Source: Pirellulales bacterium (GTDB lineage Bacteria > Planctomycetota > Planctomycetia > Pirellulales > UBA1268). From it: 39,609 nucleotides of DNA. Under the pieces are notes generated by a model. It ran no database searches. It was not told the DNA's origin and worked only from the letters and a program-made list of their open reading frames with translations. The translations under genes and the position numbers were made by a program. The DNA is taken from assembly GCA_044368305.1 (NCBI GenBank), contig JBIPLS010000003.1, positions 1-39,609 of the forward strand. Direction: 5' to 3'. Positions 18,395 to 27,850 of this stretch are shown here, piece by piece. The stretch's first letter is position 1. Every line of letters starts with the position of its first letter.

Positions 18395-18861
18395 ACATCA
18401 TGTCCCACGGCAACCAGCAGACGATCGCCCTGCTCCTCGAGAGCTACGGCATGGAACTCGAGACGGTGCTCAACTACCTCGCCAACAGCGTCAATCTCGA
18501 CGGCGTGCGGGCCGAGGAGATCAAGAAGTCGCTCGGCGCCGACGTGCCCGGCGAGATCGCCCACGCCCAGCAGCTCGCCGGCCGCATCAAGCAGCTCGGC
18601 GGCCACATCCCCGGCTCGAAGACGCTCGCCGCGATGCTCGGCGGGCAGATTCAGCCGGTGGCCGACACCACCGACGTCGTCGGCGTGATCAAGAGCGTCA
18701 TCGCCGCCGAGGAGGCCGCCTGCGCCCAGTACAAGAAGATCATCAAGGCGGTCGAGGGGGAGGATTACGTGACGCAGGACCTCTGCATCCGCCTTCTCGC
18801 CGACGAGGAGGAGCACCTCGTGCAGTTCAAGGGCTTCCTCAAGGAATACGCGGCGGGCTGA
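18391..18861 (+). CDS. Ferritin-like (bacterioferritin-related) di-iron protein
   Basis: ELETVLNY, EIAHAQQLAGRIKQLGG, AEEAACAQY, DYVTQDL, DEEEH: four-helix di-iron ligands. ATGA overlap with the upstream gene (alternative start 18400). Confidence 0.88.
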   Translation: MNIMSHGNQQTIALLLESYGMELETVLNYLANSVNLDGVRAEEIKKSLGADVPGEIAHAQQLAGRIKQLGGHIPGSKTLAAMLGGQIQPVADTTDVVGVIKSVIAAEEAACAQYKKIIKAVEGEDYVTQDLCIRLLADEEEHLVQFKGFLKEYAAG

Positions 18862-18906
18862 TCGACTCGGCCCGGCGGCTCGAGCGGCCGCGGGCGATGC
18901 GGTCGA

Positions 18907-19740
18907 TCACGCGCTCGTGAACTCGTCGAGCGCCTCGCGGAGCATGTCGGCGTCGGCTTCGTGCCCGGTGAGGGCGTGAAAGTCGATGGCCGTGCGGGCG
19001 GCGTGCACCTCGATGCCGTCCACCACGCAGGCGCCGGCGGCCGCGGCCTGCCGGGCGATGGCCGAGGGCCGCGACGTCAGGCCCGCATCGGCGAGCACGA
19101 GGTCGGCCCGCAGGCCATGGCAGGCCACGTCGCCGGCCGCGGCCTCCGGCGCGTGCACGACCAGCGCGGTTCCGGCGGGGAGCTCGATGGCGGCCCGCCA
19201 GTCGAGCGGCGCGACGGTGGTGGCGGCCAGCCCTGCGACCGCCTCGACCAGTGCGGCGGCCCGCGCGGCGTCGGGGTCGCCGATGGCCAGGCTGGCCACA
19301 CCGGCGAGCGCGAGCTCCAGCGCGGCGGCCCGGGCCACGGGGCCGGCACCGAGCACGACCGCCCCGCAGCCGGAGGGATCGAGATGGCCGCGGACCGCCT
19401 CGACGATCCCCCGACCCTCCGTCATGTGGCCGACGAGGCCGCCGGTGCCGTCGCGGGTGACGAGACTGACGGCACCGGAGAACCCCGCCGCCGGAGTCGT
19501 CGTCGCCAAGAGCGGGGCGGCGGCCGTCCGCAGGTGGCCGCCGATTAGGCAGCCGCGGAAGCCGAGGGCGGCGATGCCGGCGAGTGCCTCGGCGAGCCGC
19601 TCGGGCGGGACCTCGAACGTGAGGAACCGCCAGTCGAGACCGGCCGCCTCGATGGCCCGCTCGAAGAGATACTGGGCAGGGTTGCCGGCCGCGGGCGACG
19701 CCACGAGCGCGAGCACTTCCTGAAGCACCGGACTGGTCAT
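18907..19740 (-). CDS. Shikimate dehydrogenase (AroE)-like protein with degenerate active site
   Basis: Overall AroE pattern (DWRFLTFEV, ALGFRG, VVLGAG..ARA, VVDG..Q/A..F..LTG), but catalytic motifs are altered. Confidence 0.75.
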   Translation of the reverse strand: MTSPVLQEVLALVASPAAGNPAQYLFERAIEAAGLDWRFLTFEVPPERLAEALAGIAALGFRGCLIGGHLRTAAAPLLATTTPAAGFSGAVSLVTRDGTGGLVGHMTEGRGIVEAVRGHLDPSGCGAVVLGAGPVARAAALELALAGVASLAIGDPDAARAAALVEAVAGLAATTVAPLDWRAAIELPAGTALVVHAPEAAAGDVACHGLRADLVLADAGLTSRPSAIARQAAAAGACVVDGIEVHAARTAIDFHALTGHEADADMLREALDEFTSA

Positions 19741-19776
19741 GCAGGTGCGGTCCGGCGGGCCGGTCGAGCCGCGGCT

Positions 19777-20331
19777 TCAGACGGTCACGTGGGTCGCGGC
19801 CTGGAACCGTGGATCGGAGCGGATCGGATCGAAGTCGCGTTCCGATCCCGTCAGGTCGCGGTAGCGGTCGTCCAGCGCGATGGCCTGGGTGAGGTTCTCG
19901 ATCGCGGCCGGCACGTTGCCCGCCAGCGAGTGGTAACAGGCGAGGTTGTACAGCACGATCGCCTGCTTTGGCGACGCGTCCCGTCCGCGTTCCAGCATGC
20001 GGATCGCCTCGTCGAGCCGTCCCAGCCGCTTCAGGCACCAGCCCATGCCGAGCCAGGCTTCGAGGCGTCCGGTCGGCCCGGCCGCGGCTCGGGCGAGCGG
20101 TTCGAGGGCCCGATCCCACTCTCCCAGTGCCCGCAGGGCCTCACCCTCCAACAGGCTCGCGTCGGCGGCCCGGCGGGTCTCCGCGGGCAGCTCGGCGACC
20201 GACTCGAGGGCCCGCTCCAGCAGCCGCCGGGCCGGCGGCGGAACCGGCGACTCGCCCTCGACGAGCAGTTCACCCAGTTCCAGGTAGCCGGCGGCGTGGC
20301 GGAGCAGCATCTGGGGGCGCACGGAAGGCAT
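19777..20331 (-). CDS. TPR-repeat protein
   Basis: AWLGMGWCLKRLGRLDEAI, LYNLACYHSLAG, and C-terminal DFDPIRSDPRF typical of terminal TPR-cap domains. Confidence 0.88.
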   Translation of the reverse strand: MPSVRPQMLLRHAAGYLELGELLVEGESPVPPPARRLLERALESVAELPAETRRAADASLLEGEALRALGEWDRALEPLARAAAGPTGRLEAWLGMGWCLKRLGRLDEAIRMLERGRDASPKQAIVLYNLACYHSLAGNVPAAIENLTQAIALDDRYRDLTGSERDFDPIRSDPRFQAATHVTV

Positions 20332-20603
20332 CTCGGCGGGAATTGATGACGAACCTGGGCTGGCGCGGCACCCGGCGGAACTCCGGTGCGATGATCCGGA
20401 TTCCCGCAGATTTTAGCCAGACCTCCGCCGCGGCCCAGCTTTCGGTGGTCGCGATCGGACGCCCTTCACTACGGCCGGAGCGGCCCGTCGGGTCGGCGGC
20501 GGCCCGCGGACAAAATCCCGGGCCATGTCCCTACGCGCCCGGGGCGAAACCGCCACAGTTACCCAGGGGGGCATCGGGCCCCCGAAGCCTCCGGAGAAGG
20601 ACC

Positions 20604-22844
20604 ATGCGACTCACCCTGCGCACGCTGCTGGCCTGGTTCGACTCCGTTCTGCTGCCGGCCGAACAGCAGGCCCTCGGCGAGAAGGTTGCCGCCAGTTCCG
20701 CGGCGCCGCAACTGATCGCCCGCCTCCAGGACGTCGTGGAGCGGTCCGCGCTGGCGGCACCGCGGCCCGAGGGGCGGGGGCTCGCAGCCGACGCCAACTC
20801 CGTCGCCGAGTATCTCGACAACACCCTCCCCACCGATCGGCTCGAGCCCTTCGAGCGGATCTGCATCGAGTCGGACATGCACCTGGCGGAGGTCGCCGCC
20901 TGCCATCGGGCGCTCGCCGAGATCGCCCGCAATCCGGCGATCGCGAAGCCGCTCGACCCGGTGGCGAGGCGGCGACTGCTGGAGGCGATCCGCCGCCGGA
21001 TCCAGGACCCCCATGCGGATCCCGAGCACGAGGCCGCGATCGCCAACGCCCGCAGCCTGCGGGCGGCCCTCACGGCCGCCGGCGGCGCGCCCGACGAGCA
21101 GGCGTTCTGGTCTGGATCTCCGGCCGGTGCCGACCGTCGGCCCGTCACCGGCCGGCGGGCGCCGCTGGCCGCTTGGCTTTCGGCATTGGCGGCGGTGCTG
21201 CTCTTGGCCATGCTCGGGGGCTTGCTCGTCTGGTCCGTGCAGCGCGGCCGCGGCCGCAAGATCGCGGCCGGTCCGGCGCCGCCGCCGGCGGCCGAGCGCG
21301 AAGCGCCGCTGCCGGCCGCAGGGGCTGCTGGCGGCGCGGATCCGGCGGCACCGGTCGGAGAGCCACCGGTCCCAGGGCCACCGGCCACGGAGCCGGTCGA
21401 GCCGGCGGTGGACGGCCCGCTGCCGCCGGACGACCTGCCGCCGGACGAACCCGTCGTTTCGGAGCCACCTGGGATCGATGCTCAACTGCCGCAGCCGATC
21501 GCGGCGGAGCCAGTTCCACGGTCGCCACGGGTGCCGCACGGGGATGCCCTGGCGATCGCCGCGCCCGCAGTCACGCCGCTGGTTTCCGGGCCGGCCGGCC
21601 CGGCCGGGACACCGCCGGCCACCGCCCAGGACCGCGCCCCAGGGGCCGGCGTGGTCGGGCTGCTGCTCCACAGGCCGGCCGGAGAGCCGAACGCCGCCGG
21701 CCAATCGAGCTGGAAGCCGCTGCCCCAGAACGCGCCGCTCGCTACCCGCGAGCAGTTGCTCGCGCCGCCGTTTTGCAGGCCGGAGGTAACCGTCGACGGC
21801 GTGGCGATCCGCCTGGAGCCGAACACGCTGGCCACGCTCGCCCGCGACGCCGACGGGGCCCCACGGTTGGAGGTCGTCTTCGGCCGCGCGGTGGTGCGGT
21901 CGAATGCGGCACGACCGCGGTTGGGGATCACGGCCGGCGACCTCGTGGGCGTGGTCACCGACGGGCTGCGCGAACCGCTGTGCGTGGAGGTAACGCTCGA
22001 GCGGGCCGCGGGAACGGAGGCGGCGGCGACGCCGTCCCGGGTGCGGGCCACGGTCGCCACCATCAAGTCGGGCATCGCCTGGCGGCAGTCGCAGGCCGAC
22101 GGGTCGGCCGCCACGCAGCCCCTGACAGGCATGGACGCAGAGACGCAGCTCGAGGCCGGCAGGAAGCTGGTGTGGGACAGCCTCGATCCGGCCGGCGTGG
22201 TGGTGCAGGCCAGCGGCGGCCCGCCCGTGTGGCTGGCCGCACCCACCCTGCCGGAGCGTCGTCTGGAGCAGGGGGCGGCCGCGGCGCTGGCGGCCAAGGC
22301 GGCGGTCGAGCCGCTGGAGAAGGGCCTGCGGGAACTGGCCAAAGACTCGCGGTCGGAGAACCGCATGGCGGCGGCGGCCACGCTCGCGCTGCTCGGCGAC
22401 TACGACGAACTCGTGGGCCTGCTCTCCGCCGAAACGGCCGATCGGCGGTTGCAGGAGGGCCAGTGGTCCCGACTGGTCGACATGACGGTGCCGCTCGCCT
22501 TGGCACGCGGCGTCAACGCGGCCGCACAATTCGGCAAGGCGTGCGAAGCCCACGGCCCGGCAGGCAAGGGGGCGGAACTCCTCGCGCTCGCCCGGGGCGT
22601 CGACGACGAGGCGCTGGCCGCCGGCGGCGACGAGCAACTCGTCGCCGCGCTCGAAGCGCCGGAACTGGTGCTCCGCAGGCTCGCGATCCGCCAGCTGCTT
22701 GCGATCACCGCCCCGCCCGCCGTCGATCGGATCCGCTATCTGGCCGATCGGCCCGAGGACGCGCGCCGCGACGGCGTCGCGTGGTGGCGCAGCCAGCTCA
22801 CCGCAGGTCGCATCCGCAGGGCGGCGGCCGCGCCGGTGCCATGA
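20604..22844 (+). CDS. Large single-TM hypothetical protein (N-terminal anti-sigma-like domain, Pro-rich linker, beta-rich/FecR-like region, HEAT-like C-terminus)
   Basis: GGAGAAGG RBS before ATG 20604; MRLTLRTLLAW..., VAEYLDNTL...FERIC..SDMHLAEVAACH, TM LAAWLSALAAVLLLAMLGGLLVW. Confidence 0.75.
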   Translation: MRLTLRTLLAWFDSVLLPAEQQALGEKVAASSAAPQLIARLQDVVERSALAAPRPEGRGLAADANSVAEYLDNTLPTDRLEPFERICIESDMHLAEVAACHRALAEIARNPAIAKPLDPVARRRLLEAIRRRIQDPHADPEHEAAIANARSLRAALTAAGGAPDEQAFWSGSPAGADRRPVTGRRAPLAAWLSALAAVLLLAMLGGLLVWSVQRGRGRKIAAGPAPPPAAEREAPLPAAGAAGGADPAAPVGEPPVPGPPATEPVEPAVDGPLPPDDLPPDEPVVSEPPGIDAQLPQPIAAEPVPRSPRVPHGDALAIAAPAVTPLVSGPAGPAGTPPATAQDRAPGAGVVGLLLHRPAGEPNAAGQSSWKPLPQNAPLATREQLLAPPFCRPEVTVDGVAIRLEPNTLATLARDADGAPRLEVVFGRAVVRSNAARPRLGITAGDLVGVVTDGLREPLCVEVTLERAAGTEAAATPSRVRATVATIKSGIAWRQSQADGSAATQPLTGMDAETQLEAGRKLVWDSLDPAGVVVQASGGPPVWLAAPTLPERRLEQGAAAALAAKAAVEPLEKGLRELAKDSRSENRMAAAATLALLGDYDELVGLLSAETADRRLQEGQWSRLVDMTVPLALARGVNAAAQFGKACEAHGPAGKGAELLALARGVDDEALAAGGDEQLVAALEAPELVLRRLAIRQLLAITAPPAVDRIRYLADRPEDARRDGVAWWRSQLTAGRIRRAAAAPVP

Positions 22845-22878
22845 TTCCGCGCCTGCGCCCGGCGAATCGGCCCGGCGT

Positions 22879-22908
22879 TTGTCGGGGGAGTCGGGCGGGT
22901 GATATGCT
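22879..22908 (+). promoter_or_regulatory. Putative sigma70 promoter for the hpf-PTS operon
   Basis: TTGTCG-N18-TATGCT with TG extension. Confidence 0.4.
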
Positions 22909-23019
22909 CCGGATTCACGGCCCGCGGGCCGCCGGCTGCGGTGCCCGCCGCCCCCGACGACCCGTCCGCAGCCCCGGCACCAGGTTTCGCAACCCGCAGG
23001 ATCCAGGGGGACCTTCAGC

Positions 23020-23340
23020 GTGCAAATCAACGTTTCCGCCAGGCACGGCAGCCTGAGTCCGGCGTCGCAGTCGAAGATCGCGACCAAGGTGTCGCGGCTG
23101 AAGCGGTACTTCGACCGGCTGACGTCGCTGGAAGTCACCGTGGACCTGCAGGACCGGGATCTGCCGGCCGTGGAGATCGTCGCCAAGGCCGAGCACTTCC
23201 ACGACCTCGTCAGCCACGAGCACGCCGCCCAGCTGTGGCGCAGCGTGGACGGGGCCGTGCAGAAGATGGAGCAGCAGCTCCGCAAGCACAAGGAAAAGGT
23301 CCGCGACCACAAGCACGTGCAGTCGCACCGCCACGCCTGA
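23020..23340 (+). CDS. raiA: Ribosome hibernation factor HPF/RaiA (short form)
   Basis: MQINVSARH...KVSRLKRYFDRL...VDGAVQKMEQQLRKHKEK. Confidence 0.9.
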   Translation: MQINVSARHGSLSPASQSKIATKVSRLKRYFDRLTSLEVTVDLQDRDLPAVEIVAKAEHFHDLVSHEHAAQLWRSVDGAVQKMEQQLRKHKEKVRDHKHVQSHRHA

Positions 23341-23382
23341 CCAACCACCACCGACACGCACCTCCGCGGGACCGCTCGACGC

Positions 23383-23859
23383 ATGAAGTTTTCCGATTTC
23401 GTGGCCCCAGACGCCATCCGTTCCCACGTCACGGCCTCCTCCAAGGAGGGCGTGATCCGGGAGATGGCCCAGGCTCTGGTCGATGCGGGCCGGATCGCCG
23501 CCGGCGACCTGGAGAGCATCGTCAAGGCGATCATGAAGCGCGAGGATCTGGGCAGCACCGGCATCGGACGCGGCGTGGCCGTGCCCCACACCAAGCACCC
23601 GAGCGTCAGCCGCTTGGTGGGCACGGTCGCGGTCAGCCCCGCGGGCATCGATTTCGAGAGCCTCGACGGCGACCCGGTGCAGTTGTTCTTCCTGCTGGTG
23701 TCGCCGCCGGATCGACCCGGGGACCACCTGCGGGCCCTGGAGAACATCTCGCGACAACTGCGGGACGACGCCTTTTGCCGGATGCTCAAGGCGGCGAAGG
23801 GCCCGGTGGAGATTCAGGCGTTGCTGGAAGAGGCCGACAGCCATGGCGTGGCCTCGTGA
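23383..23859 (+). CDS. ptsN: PTS EIIA (Ntr/fructose type)
   Basis: KREDLGSTGIGRGVAVPH (phospho-His), DFESLDGDPV, HLRAL. Confidence 0.9.
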   Translation: MKFSDFVAPDAIRSHVTASSKEGVIREMAQALVDAGRIAAGDLESIVKAIMKREDLGSTGIGRGVAVPHTKHPSVSRLVGTVAVSPAGIDFESLDGDPVQLFFLLVSPPDRPGDHLRALENISRQLRDDAFCRMLKAAKGPVEIQALLEEADSHGVAS

Positions 23860-23866
23860 GGAAGCG

Positions 23867-24190
23867 ATGAGTCAGGATGCCGTGGGCCACGAAAACCTGG
23901 GCCAGGAGACGCTGACGCGGGAAGTGGTGGTCGCCAACAGCCAGGGTCTGCACGCGCGGCCGGCCGACATGCTCGCCCGCGAGGCCCGCAAGTGGCAATC
24001 GCGGATCGAGCTGGTCGCCGATGCCCAGCGGGTCGACGGCAAGAGCATCCTCGAGGTGCTCACGCTGGCGGCCGAGGCCGGCACGCGGCTGGTGGTGGAG
24101 GCGACGGGGCCCGACGCGAACCAGGCGCTCGAGGCCATCGGCAGCCTCTTCGAAAGCAGATTCAACGAACACGACGATCGACGATCCTGA
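23867..24190 (+). CDS. ptsH: Phosphocarrier HPr/NPr
   Basis: NSQGLHARPA (His15 equivalent), VDGKSIL (Ser46 equivalent). Confidence 0.92.
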   Translation: MSQDAVGHENLGQETLTREVVVANSQGLHARPADMLAREARKWQSRIELVADAQRVDGKSILEVLTLAAEAGTRLVVEATGPDANQALEAIGSLFESRFNEHDDRRS

Positions 24191-24377
24191 TGCTCGCGGG
24201 CGAGTCGGGGCCGGCCACGGCCCGCGGTCGCGAGGTCTTACGAACAACGATACGAGGAGCTGCTGCCGGCCGCCTGGCGCGAGACCCCGGGATTGCGGAT
24301 CGCACGCCGCCGCTGCCGCGGCGGGCCGTCGCGAGCCCCCGGACGGTCGTCGCAGCCTGCGGACGGAGCCGCCCGCC

Positions 24378-26117
24378 ATGCTGAAACTCCAGGGAATCGC
24401 CGTCTCGCCCGGCGTCACGATCGGCGAGGCGCTCGTCCTCGACGCCGAGGGATTCCGCATCCCGCGGCGGTTCGTGGAGCGGAGCGCCGTGGATACGGAG
24501 CTCGCCCGGCTGGCGACGGCCGTGGCCGAGGCCACCCGCGAGATGGAGCGGAACCGCGATGCCATCCGCTCCGAGCTCGGCGACCAGTACGCCGCCATCT
24601 TCGAGGCCCATCTGGCGATGCTGCACGACGAGCGGCTGCAGCAGGAGCTGACCGCCGCCGTCCGCGACCGGAATTGGTGGCCCGAGTATGCCGTGAGCCG
24701 CACGCTGCGCCGCTACGCCAAGGCGTTCCAGAACCTCGACAACCACATCGCCCAGCGGGCCCACGACATCTACGACGTGGAAAAGAGCCTGCTCCGCGCC
24801 CTGCTCGGGCAGCGCCGCGAGACGCTGGCCTCGATTTCGCAGCCGGTGGTGGTGCTCGCGCACAACCTCACGCCCAGCGAAACGGCGAACCTCGACCGCC
24901 GCCTCGTGAAGGGCTTCGCCACGGAGCTCGGCGGCCCCGGCAGCCACACCGCGATCGTGGCCGAGGGGCTGGAAATCCCGGCCGTGGTCGGCATCGGGCC
25001 GTTTCTGGCCGACGTTTCGGGCGGGGAGCCGGTGATCCTCGACGGCAACCAGGGGCTGGTGATCCTCCAGCCCGACGAGGAGACGATCGCCCGCTACCGG
25101 CAGGAGGCCGAAGCCGCCGAGAGCGTTGCCGCCCGCCTCGGGGAGTTGCGGGATCTGCCGGCCGAGACGACCGACGGGGTGCGGGTGCAGATCACGGGCA
25201 ACATCGAGTTTCCCGACGAGGCCGAGCACTGCCTGGCCCGGGGCTGCGACGGCATCGGCCTCTACCGCACGGAGTTCCTCTACCTGACGAGCCGCCGGGA
25301 GCCGACCGAGGAGGACCACTTCGCGGCCTATCGCTCCGTGGTCGAGGCGATGGCGGGGCGGCCGGTCGTGATCCGCACGCTCGATCTGGGCGCGGACAAG
25401 ATGCTCACCGAGACGCGGCCGGAGGAGGAGCGGAACCCCTGCCTCGGCCTGCGGAGCATCCGCCTTTCCCTGCGCCAGCTGCCGATCTTCCGCACCCAGT
25501 TGCGGGCCATCCTCCGGGCCAGCGCCCTCGGGGACGTGCGGGTGATGTTCCCGCTCGTCTCCACGATCGTCGAATTGCGGCAGGCGCGGATGGTGCTGGC
25601 GGACGTGATGGAGGACCTCGCCGAGCACGGCATCGCGTTCAATCCCAAGATGCCGGTGGGGATGATGGTGGAGACGCCGGCTGCGGTGATGATGCTCGAC
25701 GCGTTCGTCAAGGAGGTGGACTTCGTGTCCATCGGCACCAACGACCTGATCCAGTACACCCTGGCGGTCGATCGGGGCAACAAGGAGGTGGCGGAACTGT
25801 ACAACGCCTGCGATCCGGCGGTCCTGCGGCTGCTCAGCCGCTCGCTGGACGTGGCGCGGGAGGCCGGCGTGCCGGCCAATGTGTGCGGTCAGATGAGTGG
25901 CAGCGTGATGTTCACGCAGCTGCTTCTGGGACTGGGGCTGCGGCAGCTCAGCGTGCCGGCCAGCGCCATCCCGGAGGTGAAGCAGGTGTGCCGAAGCGTT
26001 TCGGTCGCCGACTGCCGCCTGATCGCGGAGAAGGCGCTGACGATGGACTGTGCGCGGGAGGTCAAGGCCTACCTGCGCGACCAGATGAATCGGCTGCTCG
26101 CCCAGACGGTCGCCTGA
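24378..26117 (+). CDS. ptsI: Phosphoenolpyruvate-protein phosphotransferase (Enzyme I), no GAF domain
   Basis: LQGIAVSPG, SHTAIVA, GIGLYRTEFL, RTLDLGADK, SIGTNDLIQY, VCGQM. Confidence 0.96.
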   Translation: MLKLQGIAVSPGVTIGEALVLDAEGFRIPRRFVERSAVDTELARLATAVAEATREMERNRDAIRSELGDQYAAIFEAHLAMLHDERLQQELTAAVRDRNWWPEYAVSRTLRRYAKAFQNLDNHIAQRAHDIYDVEKSLLRALLGQRRETLASISQPVVVLAHNLTPSETANLDRRLVKGFATELGGPGSHTAIVAEGLEIPAVVGIGPFLADVSGGEPVILDGNQGLVILQPDEETIARYRQEAEAAESVAARLGELRDLPAETTDGVRVQITGNIEFPDEAEHCLARGCDGIGLYRTEFLYLTSRREPTEEDHFAAYRSVVEAMAGRPVVIRTLDLGADKMLTETRPEEERNPCLGLRSIRLSLRQLPIFRTQLRAILRASALGDVRVMFPLVSTIVELRQARMVLADVMEDLAEHGIAFNPKMPVGMMVETPAAVMMLDAFVKEVDFVSIGTNDLIQYTLAVDRGNKEVAELYNACDPAVLRLLSRSLDVAREAGVPANVCGQMSGSVMFTQLLLGLGLRQLSVPASAIPEVKQVCRSVSVADCRLIAEKALTMDCAREVKAYLRDQMNRLLAQTVA

Positions 26118-26148
26118 CGCGGCCCGCAACCAGGAAAGGGAGCCCGGA

Positions 26149-27759
26149 ATGAAACAGGAAATGCTCATCAACGTCTCGCAGCCGGAGGAATGCCGGATCG
26201 CGATCATGGAAGACGGCGTGCTGGAGGAGCTCTACGTGGAGCGGACCAGCCAGGACAACCTCGTCGGCAACATCTACAAGGGCCGAATCGTCAACATCGA
26301 GCCCTCGATCCAGGCCGCGTTCGTCGATTTCGGCGTGGGCCGCAACGGCTTCCTCCACATCAGCGACGTGGAACCGCAGTACTACCGGCAGGGCGGGCTC
26401 GATCCCGAGAAGGCCTTCGACGCGGAGCCGCCCGCCCGCGCCGGCGAGGCCGCCGAGGGGGGCGAGGCCGGAGGCCGCACGGCCACGCGGCGCAAGCCGC
26501 GGATCGGCGACCGGCCGCGGGTGAAACCCCCCATCCAGGACATCCTCCGCCGCGGCGACGAGGTGCTCGTGCAGGTCATCAAGGAGGGGTTCGGCACCAA
26601 GGGGCCGACGCTGTCCACCTACATCTCGATCCCCGGCCGGTACCTGGTGCTCATGCCCCCGCTGGGTCGCGTGGGCATCTCCAAGAAGATCGACGACGAG
26701 CGCGACCGCCGCGTGCTCCGCGAGGTGATGCTCGACCTCCAGCCGCCCAAGGGAGTGGGCTTCGTGGTGCGGACCGCCGGCACCGAGCGGACCAAATCGG
26801 AGATGGCCCGCGACATGGCCTATCTCCTCAATCTCTGGAGGAGCATCGTGCGGCGGATGCGGAAGTACTCCGCGCCGATCGACATCTACCAGGAAAGCGA
26901 CATGATCATCCGCACGATCCGCGACATGTTCACCGCGGACGTGGGGCGGATCCTGATCGATGACCAGGCGGCCTACGAACGGGCCCGGGAGTTCCTCGAT
27001 CTGGTGATGCCCGCCTACGCGGATCGGCTCCAGCTCTACGAGGGCAAGGAGCCGCTCTTCCACCGCTACGGGCTGGAGGAGGAGATCGGGAAGATGTACC
27101 AGCGGAAGGTGCCCCTCAAGGGCGGCGGGTCGATCGTCATCGACCAGACCGAGGCCCTGGTGGCCATCGACGTCAACTCGGGATCCTTTCGCACCGAGAA
27201 GAGCGCGGAGGAGAACGCCTACCAGATGAACCTGATCGCGGCCAAGGAGATCGCCCGGCAGCTGCGGCTCCGGGACCTCGGCGGCGTGATCGTCAACGAC
27301 TTCATCGACATGCGGAAGGAGAAGTATCGCCGCGGCGTGGAGAAGGCGCTCCACGAGGCGATGAAGCGGGACCGGGCGCGGACGAAGATCCTGCGGACGA
27401 GCCCCTTCGGCCTCGTCGAGATGACGCGGCAGCGGATCCGGCCCTCGCTCCGCAAGAGCATCTTCCGCGACTGCCCCACCTGCAGCGGCACCGGCACGGT
27501 GAAGACGGCGGAGAGCATGGCGATCGAGGTGATGCGGACGCTGCAGCTGTCCGCCGCCCGCGACGACGTGGCGCGGCTCAACGTCACCGTGCACGACGAG
27601 GTGGCGACCTGGATCAACAACCGCAAGCGGCGCGAGATCACGCAGTTCGAGGACGAGACCCACATCCAGCTCCACGTCGACGGCCGGGACGGCGTGTCGC
27701 CGGAGCACCTCGTCTTCGAGGCCTGGGACTCCAGCGGCCGCAGCGTGCGGTTCCCGTAG
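26149..27759 (+). CDS. Rne/Rng family ribonuclease
   Basis: VGNIYKG, AAFVDFG..NGFLH, IDVNSG, RLRDLGGVIVNDFIDM, Zn-link CPTCSGTG; no long RNase E C-terminal scaffold. Confidence 0.95.
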   Translation: MKQEMLINVSQPEECRIAIMEDGVLEELYVERTSQDNLVGNIYKGRIVNIEPSIQAAFVDFGVGRNGFLHISDVEPQYYRQGGLDPEKAFDAEPPARAGEAAEGGEAGGRTATRRKPRIGDRPRVKPPIQDILRRGDEVLVQVIKEGFGTKGPTLSTYISIPGRYLVLMPPLGRVGISKKIDDERDRRVLREVMLDLQPPKGVGFVVRTAGTERTKSEMARDMAYLLNLWRSIVRRMRKYSAPIDIYQESDMIIRTIRDMFTADVGRILIDDQAAYERAREFLDLVMPAYADRLQLYEGKEPLFHRYGLEEEIGKMYQRKVPLKGGGSIVIDQTEALVAIDVNSGSFRTEKSAEENAYQMNLIAAKEIARQLRLRDLGGVIVNDFIDMRKEKYRRGVEKALHEAMKRDRARTKILRTSPFGLVEMTRQRIRPSLRKSIFRDCPTCSGTGTVKTAESMAIEVMRTLQLSAARDDVARLNVTVHDEVATWINNRKRREITQFEDETHIQLHVDGRDGVSPEHLVFEAWDSSGRSVRFP

Positions 27760-27850
27760 GATTTCGCCCCCTCTCGACCCCGCATGCGTCCCGTGGTAGT
27801 GTCTGAGGCTCGGTTTTCCAGCCCCAGACACCGCCCCACGGATTTCCGCC

